DNA of 64,000 bases from Octopus sinensis (GCF_006345805.1 NC_043014.1:52018001-52082000), one strand, 5' to 3'. Shown: positions 13,441 to 27,169, counted from the stretch's first letter. Made by a program: numbers and translations. Notes: generated by a model not told the origin, from the sequence alone.

Positions 13441-13596
13441 TTTATTTAAAGCAGCACAAAATTCAACAAAATCTGTTACTCTGAGTTTCCCGTTGCCGTT
13501 CATCGGACACTTTTTAAATAAAGCATATTACTCTACCACTGGTATTTGAGTACTCATTTTTCCACCTTGTTTCACATTTATGTGTTTACCCCGGTA
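13441..13596. mobile_element. Short Penelope-LTR-like unit with inverted internal junction, embedded in (TA)n
   Basis: 13516-13596 is the reverse complement of 18000-18080. The left part carries a hammerhead-like motif on the minus strand. Confidence 0.6.
13473..13509 (-). ncRNA. Minimal type-I hammerhead-ribozyme-like motif (non-canonical core)
   Basis: Minus strand reads UGU CCGAUGA A-CG-GCAA-CG-G GAA ACUC-A-GAGU A ACA: stem I UGU/ACA, GNRA-capped stem II, palindromic stem III and a GUA site. The core deviates (CCGAUGA instead of CUGAUGA). Confidence 0.55.
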
Positions 13597-13963
13597 TATG
13601 TATATATATATATAGGTGCAGGCGTGGCTGTGTGCTAAGAAGCTCTCTACTCTCGACCTCATGGTTCTTCGTTCCGTTTCACTGCGTGGCACATTGAGCA
13701 AAGGCCTATGCGTATGTGTGCATCTCTGTTCATATAACCGATGTACCTATCTACCTCTATGTTGATATGTTTCCTTTCATATCCATATGCCTACATATAT
13801 GTGCATATACATATATGTATATACACACATACGTATACATACATACATCTATCTACATATATATATGCATACGCCCACACACATATACATCTATCTATGT
13901 AACAGTGCACTAACTATTCTATTCTACCCGTGTAAACTGTTGGTATAGAGGGTATGATTTCTA

Positions 13964-14258
13964 CTATGCATATTCCCTATTTAGTATTGAGGAAGTTTCA
14001 TTTATGAGAACGTACTCCCGTATTTGTCTGAGTGTTGGGTCCTTCGGGTGCTTGGATAAGATGCGGATGTTACGTTGACCCAGGTTGCCTCCATGTTAGA
14101 CCTTAGCATTTCGGTACAGTATGGAGGACTTATATTTGGTTGTCCTTTTGTCTCAAATGTTCATTTAATTTTTCCGCAATACTCCTAGATGTCCCTGCTA
14201 TGTATGTCACGTTCATGGCTTTACCTTCTATGCATCTTATGCTGTAAACTACATTTCG
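13964..14258 (-). mobile_element. Penelope-like element GIY-YIG endonuclease remnant (pseudogenised)
   Basis: My translation: RNVVYSIRCIEGKAMNVTYIAGTSRSIAEKLNEHLR, then a frameshift to KSSILYRNAK.*HGG..IRILSKHPKDPTLRQIREYVLINETSSILNREY*. This matches the VVY.I.C / YIG.T.R...R..EH / RQI.E...I....LN pattern. It is absent from the ORF track. Confidence 0.8.
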
Positions 14259-14572
14259 CGAGTTCGTTAAAATAATAACAATCTCCTTCATTTATTTCGT
14301 TGTGTTAGATTTATTTCTCATCCAATGTTGAGAATTAGTATATTCTCTCTTGTTCATATTGTGTAAAGAAACTATTTCAGATTCAAAAACTGCAACATTG
14401 AAGAAAAAAATTGTTTTAGAAAAATGGAAACTTAACCAGATTTGGATTTCCCATTTTAGGATAATTTGCTGCGTGCTTTATTCTTTTAAAACTTCGTTGA
14501 AAATTGTGATTTGATTTTGAATTTATGTAGCAACTTTATTTACATATTTACATATACCCTTTCCTCACTCAA

Positions 14573-14617
<45 letters not shown>

Positions 14618-14689
14618 CATGTGTGTGTGTTTTTGTGAGTGTGTATATATATATATAATATACACACATGTGTGTGTGTGTTTGTGTGA

Positions 14690-14723
<34 letters not shown>

Positions 14724-15955
14724 TGAGAGAAGAACGAGATGGACGCTTCAATTCTATGCTGCTGCCGCATTATGTCGTACGCGAATGAGAGGATTTGCAT
14801 CCCCAACCAAGAATTTTGATGTAACACATGTCCTTGTGGAAGTTGTTGTGCGCGGCTGAAGAAGGCCACAGACATACATTATGCATTGTTATAAATCTGT
14901 CTAATAAAGGCCCGAAACATATGTACCGCTGAATCCTTGGCATCATGTTTTCATTTTGATCAATTTACTCCTCCACCTACACCACCACGGTATATACAGG
15001 TGCTTACAATTATCAAGTACTCACCCGAATTTATATATTATATATATATATATATAGATATATATATATATATATATTATAATATATAGTTTCAATCAAC
15101 AAAACCAAAACAAAGAGACATGTATTGAAGCCAGAAGATGTATTAGTTTGATGCTCAGGAAAAATAGATGTCTTTGACGTTTCGGACCGAAGTTCTTGTC
15201 TATAAACGAACGAGAAATAAACAATGAAGAGAGGAAGAAATAGGTCTGGTTTAACAGTTGAACTTGCTCATTATTCACAAATAATCGAATGCGTATATAA
15301 ATAAAAAAAGGATATTACTATGCATTAACAGACAACTTTGAAGATAGAATTAGTAAAAGATCTCAAAAAGGTTGAATAAAAGTATGCAGAAATAACCGTT
15401 TCAGGTATCTAAGATGATGTGTTTCTGTCTAGCCTTTGTCTGATGTATATTGTTTTTACCTCCAAGGCATTTACTATTCAATAAATCAATTGGTCTTAGG
15501 TTTCGGTATACGCCGCAGGAAATACCAGAGCTCAGTGTAGAGAGAAATGACAGTAAGAGATATAATTCAATATTGCAAGTCACTAAACAGAGTGAGAGGA
15601 GAAATATCTTCAATAAAATAGATCCGCAAAGCAAGTTTATACTTTGGTCTCCGATGCCAAACAGTATATACTATACCTCTGACAAATAAGATACCAGTTT
15701 TAATCATCCCCACAAATTGCAGCCTTTCTCAAATAGTAGGAGGACAGTCAACAGTCTTGACCAAGGTGGAGGCATGTTACCTTCGAGTTTCATAAAATAA
15801 CCTGTCCGAACACATGTTTTGTAGTAGTTCTTCCTCTCATATCTCGTCCTGCATCCGTTTGCCCTGTAGCGATTTTTCAGTTAAAATGAGAGCTTTAACC
15901 ACCCCGCAGTGGGATCGGCATACACCGCTATATTCATGGATTAGTATAAAATAAA

Positions 15956-16350
15956 TCCATCCATCCATCCAGTCAAAGTCGACTCAATGTTCTCCAGTGA
16001 GTTCTATCCTGGGTCGCTTCTTTCAGATTGGCTATGTCCATTCCGGTATCACTCTTGATTGTGTCAAGCCAGCGGGTTCTTGGTCGGCCTCTTCCTCTCT
16101 TGTCACTGGCCATTCCGAGCATGATGTCATTCTCCAGGGATTTTCTCCTCATAATATGACCAAAATATGCCAATCTATACTTGGTGATCCTAGCTTCTAG
16201 CGACAGCTTCGGTTTGATCTGCTTAAGAACTTCTCCACTTGTGAGCTTCACTGTCCATGGAATCCGTAAAATTCTTCTTCAACACCAAAGCTCGAATGTA
16301 TTAATTCTCGTCTGGTCAGTTTTTTTGGGTGTCCAGGTCTCGCATCCATA
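15956..16350 (-). mobile_element. 3' end of an RTE (BovB-like) LINE with (GGAT)n tail
   Basis: YGCETWT..FELWC*RRILRIPW..RLAYFGHIMRR..SLENDIMLG..KRGRGRPRTRWLDTIK..QDRTHWR, ending in TGGATGGATGGAT. Confidence 0.9.
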
Positions 16351-16549
16351 TTAATATTCATTTAGTGTCAAGGCGTCGGGATGTTCTGAAAAGTGGAAAC
16401 GCAAAGCAACGCGTTCAATATAGGGTTGCTGTTTCTTTATATTTCAAATGAATATTTTCTGATACCGTTTTTGTCATTGATGAGGATTATGGTGGTGTTT
16501 CTTGTGCCTCATCAGAAAGTATGTCAGACACGACGACCATGTCCTATAC

Positions 16550-16793
16550 TTTTTACTTGTTTCGCTCATTGGACGGAAGCCGCGCTGCGACAGCTTCTTG
16601 AATGATTTCATCGAACAAATCAACCCGATCACTTATTTTTTTACATGTCACGTACTTATTCTCTCCCCCTCTACGTCGAACTAACAAATTACGTGGATAT
16701 AAACACAGCAACATCGGTTTAGAGATGGCAGGCCAGAAACAGTACACACAGATACGCACGCACACATTCTCTTTCACACACACACAGAAACAA

Positions 16794-16815
<22 letters not shown>
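16550..16815 (-). mobile_element. Highly diverged family 1 SINE, 3' half
   Basis: TTTTACTTGTTTC..CGAACAAATCAACCC..ACTTATTCT..AAACACAGCAACATCGGTT. Confidence 0.5.
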
Positions 16816-16855
<40 letters not shown>

Positions 16856-17589
16856 TATAGATACATAGATAGATACTATGTATACAATAAATTCTCTTTG
16901 AATTCAAATAAAAATATAACTGAAATATCTGAATTAAATGGATTTTTGAATTTATATTCCTATAAAGATGGAAGCAAATTGTAAAGTATTCGGGAAGTAT
17001 ACAGTATATTCATATATTAGTTAATCAATACATATAATAATAAAATTTCCCCCACAATATTTCACAACGACAGAGGCAGCATTTCTATGTATAGTGTAAA
17101 ACTACAGACACATTTATATGTCTAGGTATTTATAACTCCACGAATCTGTCTCTCTCTCTCTCTCTATGTATGTGTATATATATTCATATATACACTTATC
17201 TGGAATAACTGTCTAAGGCATAGGGATATATCCGTTATTTCTACAAATGAAAACTACCTATGTTAACCCTGGCCATCGATATGCAAGCATAGTATGCTCA
17301 TAGAATACAGGCAATAACAGGAATTTATGATTCCTAATAAAGCAAGAATTTATTAGGAATCAAATTTAAATTAAGCAGAAAATGGAGAAAGTTTTCATAA
17401 ACAAACAACTTGACTACAATCGGTTATTATTATTTCATATACAAACTTTAACATAGCTAACGGCCGTTTCTGCGACCAAAGAAAATTATGAGAATAATAT
17501 TCGTCATGTTTTATAGCACATCCGATCTGGTACATGGAGCTTCTTCAGAGTGAAGGCAGAAAAATAAAATAAGAGGAGGGGGAGAGAGG

Positions 17590-17828
17590 GAGACAGACAG
17601 ATAAATAGATCGATCGATAGTTAGATAGATATGATAGATAGACAGGATAGATAGAAAAAATATGATAGATAGATATATAGATATAAAGATAAATAGATAT
17701 ATATATAGGATAGATAGATAGATATAAAGATAAATAGATAGATATATAGGATAGATAGACAGATAGGATAGATAAATAGATAGATACATAGATAGATATA
17801 TAGGATAGATAGATAGATAGATAAATAC

Positions 17829-17864
<36 letters not shown>

Positions 17865-17892
17865 GATATATAGGATAGCTAGATAGATAGAC
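17590..17892. repeat. (GATA)n microsatellite
   Basis: Directly visible. Confidence 0.92.
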
Positions 17893-17999
17893 TCACACAA
17901 ATTATTTTATATTCATTCATTGCTGTATATGTGCATAGACATGCAATTAACTCACATTCCTGCAAAAGTGTACATACATGCATATATATAAATATTATA

Positions 18000-18100
18000 T
18001 ACCGGAGTAAACACATAAATGTGAAACAAGGTGGAAAAAAGAGTACTCAAATACCAGTGGTAGAGTAATATGCTTTATTTTCTGCTGCTTAAAATAAATA
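18000..18100. mobile_element. Second copy of the Penelope-LTR-like unit (opposite orientation, shorter inverted arm)
   Basis: ACCGGAGTAAACACATAAATGTGAAACAAGGTGGAAAAAAGAGTACTCAAATACCAGTGGTAGAGTAATATGCTTTATTT is the reverse complement of 13516-13596. Confidence 0.65.
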
Positions 18101-18579
18101 TTATATATATATATATACATGTGCCAACTCAGTTACACGCGACAAAGTTAAAATACATTCGCGTGTCTGTACAGACAGTCGGATACATACGTGTATTCAC
18201 AATCTGTAAGCATCTGATTATATGTGAATTTAACTTTTCTATTTTGCATATACTTTCATTACAGTGAAAACCTTTAAAGTATATTACATGCTTTTCCTTC
18301 AGTTTCTGTCATGCTAACTTTATCTTCGGGACACATAATTATATGACACATGAAAGAAAGATATAAAAACAGAATTATTAACATAGAGGGGAAATTGATT
18401 TCCTCTCGTTTTTTTTTTGGTTTTTGTTGTTTTTGTTATTAATATTTTTAAAAAAGTAATCGGAATATGTTTATTATATCAGAAATACATAAAATGGAAT
18501 AATTTAAAACCCAATGTCCACGTTTTATATTTCCATATGCATTAAAGTTTTGCACAATAAACATTTACTGGAATAATAT

Positions 18580-18618
18580 ATAGAGGCATGCATATACATA
18601 TATATATGCATACACACG

Positions 18619-18672
<54 letters not shown>

Positions 18673-19340
18673 AAGAGAGAAATAACGATAGATATATAGA
18701 CACATATATTTATTATATTTATAACTTTTTGTACACACATGTATATATATATAAATATTTATACATATATATATATATATATAAATATTTATACATATAT
18801 ATATATATATTATAATTATTTATACATATTATATATATATATATATATACATATATATACATACATATATGATACACACACACACACACATATATATATA
18901 TAGAGAGAGAGAGAAAGGAAGAGAGAGGAGAAAATAAAGATAGATATATATATTAAAGATAGATAGACACATATTTATTATATTTATAACTTTTTGTACA
19001 TACATGTATATATATATATAATATAAATATTTATACATATACAATATATATATTATATATTATATAAATATTATACATATACATATATATATATTATATA
19101 TATACATATAAATATATACATATATATGCATGCATATACATACATATATGCATACACCACACCACACATATATATATATATAGAGAGAGAGAAAGAGAGA
19201 AAGAGAGAGAGAGAAATAAAGATAGATATATATAGACACATATATTTATTATATTTATAACTTTTTGTACATACATGTATATATATATATAAATATTTAT
19301 ACATATTATATACATAATATATGGAAACCACACACACACC

Positions 19341-19377
<37 letters not shown>

Positions 19378-19420
19378 TACATATATATATACATACACAC
19401 AAATATATGTATATATATTT
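18580..19420. repeat. Triplicated microsatellite cassette (~250-290 bp period)
   Basis: The order (CA)n-(TA)n-(GA)n-GATAGATA..TAGACACATAT..TTATTATATTTATAACTTTTTGTACA occurs three times. Confidence 0.85.
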
Positions 19421-20679
19421 ATACCGATCTACCTACCTACCGACGTGTTCACACATACTTACATATATATGTTTGTGTTAGTGTATGTTTGTCTAAAGAT
19501 GTGAGTGTGCTTATTCCGTTCTATCTACTGCTTTGTGTGAACTAAAGCGTTGACGTGTTTTCTAATTTATCGTTTTTCTGACCCAACGAGGTTAAGGAAC
19601 GTATTCATAGTCTCACATTTTAAAACCTGATTCAGCTTGATTCTTAATTCTTATAACAACTCAATAAGTCCTTGCTGATCCGTTTAGCTTCCGGATTAAA
19701 AATGCTAAAATGCAAGCTATGTATACAAACATAGATGCATGCATGCATGTATATATATATATGTATGTGTTCATCCGTTTTGTTTCTATTTCCAAAATTG
19801 AGAAATTACACACAAACACGTATGAGTCTTTTACTATCAGGAATGGTTTCCGAAAATCAGCCATTATTGAGAAAGATGTAATTCAAATAATGTTACTACT
19901 TCGATTGGGGAAAGAAAAGTACATTGAGTAAATGAACAGTTTGAATATATCGCATCAAACGATCTCTACATTAATAAAAATCCTGCAAACTAAACTTTTA
20001 TTGTCAAACAGCAAATCAGGAACCGATATTAGGATATTAATGTAGTGTGGGTTGTGTGTCTGCAAGCCATTGTCCGATGCAATAATATATATCTAGATTG
20101 TTATTTACTCGGTATAATTTCTTTCTCTATAGGATTATATTGCGTTTAATATATCATTCAGATGTGGCTGTCTAATTATTGTTATGTTAATGACCTCTCT
20201 ATATCACACCAGAAAGTAATAATTTTGGTTGATTTGAAGTAACAGGAACTTCTGAAGGAAGACAGAAAAGACATATCAATAAATAATTGCCGAATAATAA
20301 CTATGTGATTGGCCAGACAATAGATCTATGTTTATTCATTTTTCAATTTCAGCACTCAAAGAGAAACTCTAACATATTTCTCTATAAAGTTTGTTTAACG
20401 AATTGATAGGAAAAAAAAAAAGAGAAAAAAAAAAAACTACATATCGGCAAAGGGATGTATTCGGAGTATTGCGGATAAACATTAATTACGTTTGTTTTTT
20501 TTTTTTGTTTTTTATTTTTGTGTTTTGCTGTCCTGATTTTTTTTTTTTTTTTTTTGTTCTTGTTGCCTCTTGATGTAATTTAAATCTCAGCGGAAATATC
20601 AAAATGATTGGAGCGTGATATTGTATTCATCCATGTATAATCAAGTCGAATCCATTTCTCAATATCTCTATTATCGTAA

Positions 20680-20709
20680 TTATATATACATATACATACA
20701 TACATACAT

Positions 20710-20756
<47 letters not shown>

Positions 20757-20798
20757 CACTAACATATATATAATTGCAGAAGCATATATATATATAAT

Positions 20799-20849
<51 letters not shown>

Positions 20850-21120
20850 ACACATGTATATGGATATCTATATACGCATACATATATAAATATATATATA
20901 GTTACACTAACATATATATATAATTACAGAAGCATATATAATATATATATATATACACATATATATGGATATCTATATATGCATACATATATAAATATAC
21001 ATATATATATAGATATACATACATATATACATATATATATATACATACACATATATACATACACATATATACATGTACGACTGTGTGTGTATGTCCGTGC
21101 GTGTGTGTGTACGCGTGTGT
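20680..21120. repeat. TA-rich microsatellite with duplicated GTTACACTAACAT..GAAGCAT unit
   Basis: The unit appears at ~20753 and ~20901. Confidence 0.8.
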
Positions 21121-22956
21121 CTCAGTGGACCTGTGCGTGTGCTTCCGTATCTGTTCGTACGTGCATAAGCAGACGCTCAGCAGCATCTAATCTAAACGCA
21201 CTGAAGACAATAAGTCCTGCTCGATATTCATATATACGGTGCATTTGCATTGCATTCATTTTATCTTTAATCCTGTTCACTTAATTGGTGCGAAACATAT
21301 TTGTAATAGAGAGAACATGAAGAGTTAGTCGTTCTGCACGTAATTTACACTTTTCTCTGTATTTATTTCATGAGGATATTAATCCAGATATATACGACAT
21401 CAAAGCAACACAATGGCGCTGAAATAATAGAGTTGACAACATCAATGATAATAAAGGAAATCTTTGTAGTATTGTATTCAAGTTGTCATTTATGTGAACG
21501 TTACTTAAGGGAAAACAATGAACAGTTAGAACAATACCATTGCATATTGTGTATGCGTGTACGTGTGTGTGCATGTGTGTGTGTGTGTGTGTGTTTCGTT
21601 GAATAGAATTTGCACTGAGATTTTGATGCTTTAGTCATGGCATAAACGTTGCGGTTCATTAACGTTTTCATAGCGTTCAGCTAGAAACAGTGCTGTGTCT
21701 TGAGAGGGTCGTTGCGCCAATAATAAATACATGCCCTGGTTCAATATCACTTCTATAGTATTAATCAATTGTTTAATTATCAAACCGAGAAATTAATCAA
21801 TCATTTCTTTAATGCGTTGGTAAAATCAATCAATCATTTGTTTATTTGTAAAAGTATTTTCGTCGCTATACGCAATTTCATCAATGGTTCGTCCTCTTTC
21901 CTCAGTATCAGTGTTGAGTGTATGTGAGACTTAGATTCATAACTATGAGTATGTATCCTTCTAATATTTATATGTAGACGTGTGGTTACTTACAAGAGAA
22001 GAGAAAGATGAAAGTAAACAAAGACTATTGTGTGAGCGTGTGTAAACACGCATAAATTATTCTCTCTGTTTCGTCTCATTTCAATTGATAAGAACAACCT
22101 CTACATCTCCTGTGTAAATCTAGTTAACCGTAAGCTAATGATTGCTTGCAACCTTCATACACCATTGGGTGTGTAATACCCGTTATTCGCGTTAAAGAAG
22201 AACTTATATTTCGTTCTTCATATTGGCCAGCTTTTTTGGAATTGCATTGGAGTTGGAGTTAACAGGTGCAGACGATCACAATTATGCATCAAAGCAACAC
22301 ATTCAAACACACGAGCAGAGGTGCACTCAGTCACGAACATATCTATCTATGTATCTATCTATGTATCTATGTATGTATCTATCTATCTATCAGTCTATTT
22401 ATTTTACTGTGAACTTGCCTGTCTGTATTTATGCATGCACAGCAGTGTGCCTGTGTCTGTGTGCGCCATCTTTTGTTTTGTGTCTGTCTGTCTGTCAGCC
22501 ATATTTAGATTCACAGTGGAGGCAAATAAACTGTAGCAACTAACAGAAAACTGCACGAACTAATAACACAGGGAAGAAATAAAGAGATGACATTTCCAAA
22601 GACTTTCTTCTGAACAATTCCTTTGAATTATTCCTTTAAATTCATTCTATATTTGTTTTCGAGCTTTTCATACTCTTTTTTTTTTGTTCATTTAGTTTTT
22701 GTTCTCGTCCTAAACTATATTCCAGACACTGGTTTATGTATATATGTCTCCTATAAACAAACACTGCTTGCATAATTCAAAGAAAAAAGAATGAATCAGC
22801 GTCTAGAGGTCTAAATTCTTGTAATTCTGTGAGATAAAAAAAAATTCTCTGCTAAAACTTTTTATCTTTTTAGTTACAAAGAGCTTTCATTGTTATTTCA
22901 TTTCATTGTTTGAATATCTCTGTCATTTATTATTATTATTAGTAGAAGAAAAAATG

Positions 22957-22989
<33 letters not shown>

Positions 22990-23545
22990 TAAATATCTGT
23001 AACGTTTCCTATGATATGTACAATCTTTGGTATTGTCCATAACGGAAACGCTATTGAAATGTGGGCGCCATCATTGAGGTCTTAGGTATTTCTAAGTAGT
23101 CTTATACTGTAGATATAAGTCAATGAAGCAGTACGAAATTGGCGCCATATCTCATCCGATCTCTCACATAATCTCCATTTTTATTGTTGCTAGTTACAAT
23201 CCATCACACTCCTTGAAACATCAAATCAAATCAACCATTTAAAATTACTTATAAGCGTTTTTAGCTATTATATTTCTACACAACCGTCGTTTTCGAAAAA
23301 AACTATAAATTGGTATATATCAACCTAGCACACGTGTGTCATATACACATAGATGTGTGTGTGTGTGTGTCTGTGTGTGTGCATACATATTGCACGTACA
23401 TTTATATTTGTGTGTGTGTGTGTATGAATAATACCTTATTTGATCAATGCTGGGGGGACTGTAGGTAAAGATAACATAAGCCGGATTGAAACTGGAATCA
23501 ACACACACACATACACACGCGCATGTATATATATATGTATGTATG

Positions 23546-23608
<63 letters not shown>

Positions 23609-24001
23609 GTGTGTAGACGTGTATAGATAAACAGGTGTGTGCGCAGAAAGAATGTGTGTGCTGACAGTTACTAATCCAGTTAACTTGGTAAGTGACAGAT
23701 GCCTGAGTAGCGGATTTTTTAAAATCAGTAATTCTTTTGGTTTTAAATGTGCCAAAGTAATGCAGATACTTTACTCCATCATGCACCACATTTATGCTCA
23801 AACCAAGTGCAAAATACTTGCCTTATTTTATTGCAAATTGCTAATACTGTGGCCTAATAAAGAGATTAGCAGGAAAAGCAGATGAAAGCACACTTCGTTT
23901 TTTCTTACAACAAAAGAAAAAAAACCCACAAAGTTTGTAAGACAAATACGCAAGTAATACCGGTTTCTCTACCTTAATTTTTAATGTATAATAGGTATAC
24001 T

Positions 24002-24429
24002 GGGCGCAGGAGTGGCTGTGTGGTTAGTAGCTTGCTTATTAACCACATGGTTCCGCGTTCAGTCCCACTGCGTGGCATCTTGGGCATGTGTCTTCTGCTA
24101 TAGCCCCGGGCTTACCAATGCCTTGTGAGTGGATTTGGTAGACGGACACTCAAAGAAGCCTGTCGTATATATTTATATATATATATATATATGTATGTAT
24201 GGTGTATGTGTGTGTGTTTGTGCTTGTCCCCCTAGCAATTGCTTGAGAACCGATGCTTGTGTGTATACGTCCCCGTAATATAGCGGCTCGGCAAAAGCGA
24301 CTGATAGGATTAGTACTAGGCTTACAAAGAATAAGTCCTGGGGTCGATTTTCTGGACTAAAAAAGGCGGTGCTCCAGCATGGCCGCAGTCAAATGACTGA
24401 AACAAGTAAAAAGAGAGAGTAAAGAGTAA
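24002..24429 (+). mobile_element. Family 1 SINE
   Basis: GGGCGCAGGAGTGGCTGTGTGG head, internal TA/TG tract, CAGTCAAATGACTGAAACAAGTAAAA tail. Confidence 0.9.
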
Positions 24430-25005
24430 TAGCTTTCATAAAAACTGACAAAAATCTGGTGTCAGTTGATGTGAGCTATATTTTCTAATCTAATCCTGGC
24501 CCATGCCAACCAGTTTTATTTTAATTACGACCTAATGAAGCAACATTTACTCTCAGAAACAAAACAAGATCAAAGCCCTAAAGGGAATATGAGAGAGTGT
24601 GGAGAGATGTTCCAGCTGGATCTCGTTGAGGAGGAATGGAAATGATTCCGTACCTGTTTGGAGGCAATAATTTTGTAATTTAATGCTAAGTGATGTAACT
24701 CTGGGTGAGCCATTGTGATAGCGTTGACGTCTCATTGCTACCATCAAAACCAACGTTATTGGCTTGTTACAAATAGAAGTTTGAAAGCTGAGTCAACGGA
24801 GTGTTACAACTACATGAAATCCTAAGTGGTTTCAATACACAAGTCTCCAATATATTCAAGAGACCAAAGGCTGTCAACTGAGGGACACTTTGTACACATG
24901 ACGGGGATATCGCTCGGAACCCCAGAATCTGTATGAAATTGAGGGCCGAAACGCTTGCCAGACAGAGGTTTCTTTTCAGAATACCTTCGGCTCTTCATAG
25001 TTTCT

Positions 25006-25046
<41 letters not shown>

Positions 25047-25060
25047 TATATATATATGTA

Positions 25061-25447
25061 TACTCTTTTACTTGTTTCAGTCATTTGACTGCGGCCATGC
25101 TGGAGCACCACCTTTAATCGAGCAACTCGATCCCGGGACTTATTCTTTGTAAGCCCAGTACTTATTCTATCGGTCTCTTTTGCCGAACCGCTAATGTGAC
25201 GGGGACATAAACACACCAGCATCGGTTTTCAAGCAATGCTAGGGGGACAAACACAGACAAACAAACACACACGCATATATATATATATACGACGGGATTC
25301 TTTCAGTTTCCGTCGACCAAATCCAGTCACAAGGCTTTGGTCGGCCCGGGACTATAGTAGAAGACACATGCCAAAGGTGCCACGCAGTGGGACTGAACCC
25401 GGAACCATGTGGTTGGGAAGCAAGCTACTTACCACACAACTGCGCCT
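25061..25447 (-). mobile_element. Family 1 SINE
   Basis: Reverse complement of the 24002-24429 copy. Confidence 0.9.
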
Positions 25448-26566
25448 GTATGTATGCATGTATTTATATACAGGTTTTCAATAACAAGATTCAAGGATCT
25501 TACACACACGTATATATGTACAGCATTTCACCAGGAATAATCAGGAATCTTTCTCGCACACACATTCATATATATATACATATATATATATATATGTATA
25601 TACATGGTTGTTGACTCTCGCAAATGTGGTTTTAATGACATAAAAGTAAACAAAATTGCTGGAATCTTATTCCTCCTCTCAGAACTTCTAATTCTTCTCT
25701 CTACGTTTTCTCTTTTGCTTATCTTCTCCTCCGATTATAGATTTCTTCTTAATATTCTTCAATATTGAGATATTTCAATGTTTACACAGACTTTAATGAA
25801 GTTCCTTTTATAAACTGATCAAAAACCAAAAGAAACTAAATAAACACACGAAAACTAATTCCGAAACACGATTTCCATTTTCAATTGTTAAAAATCTTTT
25901 CTATTCTTTTTTTTCCCTTTAAACTGACTTCCTTGTTAATGTTGGCCATTTACAAATCTAATATTTTCATTGTTATTTGCGTTTTTGTTGTTAGTGTAAT
26001 TGTTTTAAAAATATTTTCACAAGGCATTATTCATTTACTATTATTGTTATTTTGTATTATTCTTCCCTTTAAAGTATTCCTTTTGCTTCTGAGAAACTTC
26101 TTATCAAAAACATCATCATATTGATTAATTCACAGACCCACCTCTCAGCCATTCTTCGTCGTCTTTTTTATCAATCTTCTGCCTATATATGCACTCAGGG
26201 CAATTTTCGTTTTGTTTTCGAATATTGGAATACTTTCTCTTTTGTATCAATACAATCAACTATAACCTTCCGTTGTAACAACCTCCCGAACTCACCATCG
26301 CTACCTTTTTTGCCATTTCTCTGTTTTAAATGTAGGTTATTTATTGATTGTTCAAACATATAAATATAGTGCTTTCACGTAGTATTGACTTGTTGATCTG
26401 CTTAAATAAAGTACGGTACACTGTAGCCTCATATACAAAATTTCAGGTAGTCTGCTACTGTCTATTTATCTATCCATCCATCCCTCCATCTATCTCTATA
26501 CGAACAACATAACCATATGTATATATATATATATATACATACACACACACACACATATATATATAT

Positions 26567-26764
26567 CTTTTTACTTGTTTCAATCATTTGACTGCGGCCA
26601 TGCTGGAGCACCACCTTTAGTCGAGCAAATCGACCCCGAGACTTATTCTTTGTAAGCCCAGTACTTATTCTATCGGTCTCTTTTGCCGAACCGCTAAGTG
26701 ACGGGGACGTAAACACACCAGCATCGGTTGTCAAGCAATGCTAGGGGGACAAACACACACACAT

Positions 26765-26829
<65 letters not shown>

Positions 26830-26989
26830 AACGACGGGCTTCTTTCAGATTCCGTCTACCAAATCCACTCACAAGGCATTGGTCGGCCCGGGGCTATAGC
26901 AGAAGACACTTGCTCAAGATGCCACGCAGTAGGACTGAACCCGGAACCATGTGGTTGGTTAGCAAGCTACTTACCACACAGCCACTCCT
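26567..26989 (-). mobile_element. Family 1 SINE with expanded internal (TA)n
   Basis: Collinear with 25061-25447. Confidence 0.9.
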
Positions 26990-27169
26990 ATATATATGAG
27001 TTACTTAGTGGGGAGAGAGGGTTCAAGTTTTCCTCCAGTATTGGACATCGGTAATTACAAGAAAATATCAGACAAATCACACAAGCAATACAAATATGAA
27101 AAATGCAAACATTAACTGCTGTCTATATAGAATGCAAAAAGCGAATGACGGTTACCATTTCCAGATAAC

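Noticed and set aside
24002-24075. tRNA-like A/B boxes (also 33550-33623 and 48810-48893)
   Set aside because: These are SINE heads continuous with SINE bodies; I could not form a cloverleaf or see a poly-T terminator.
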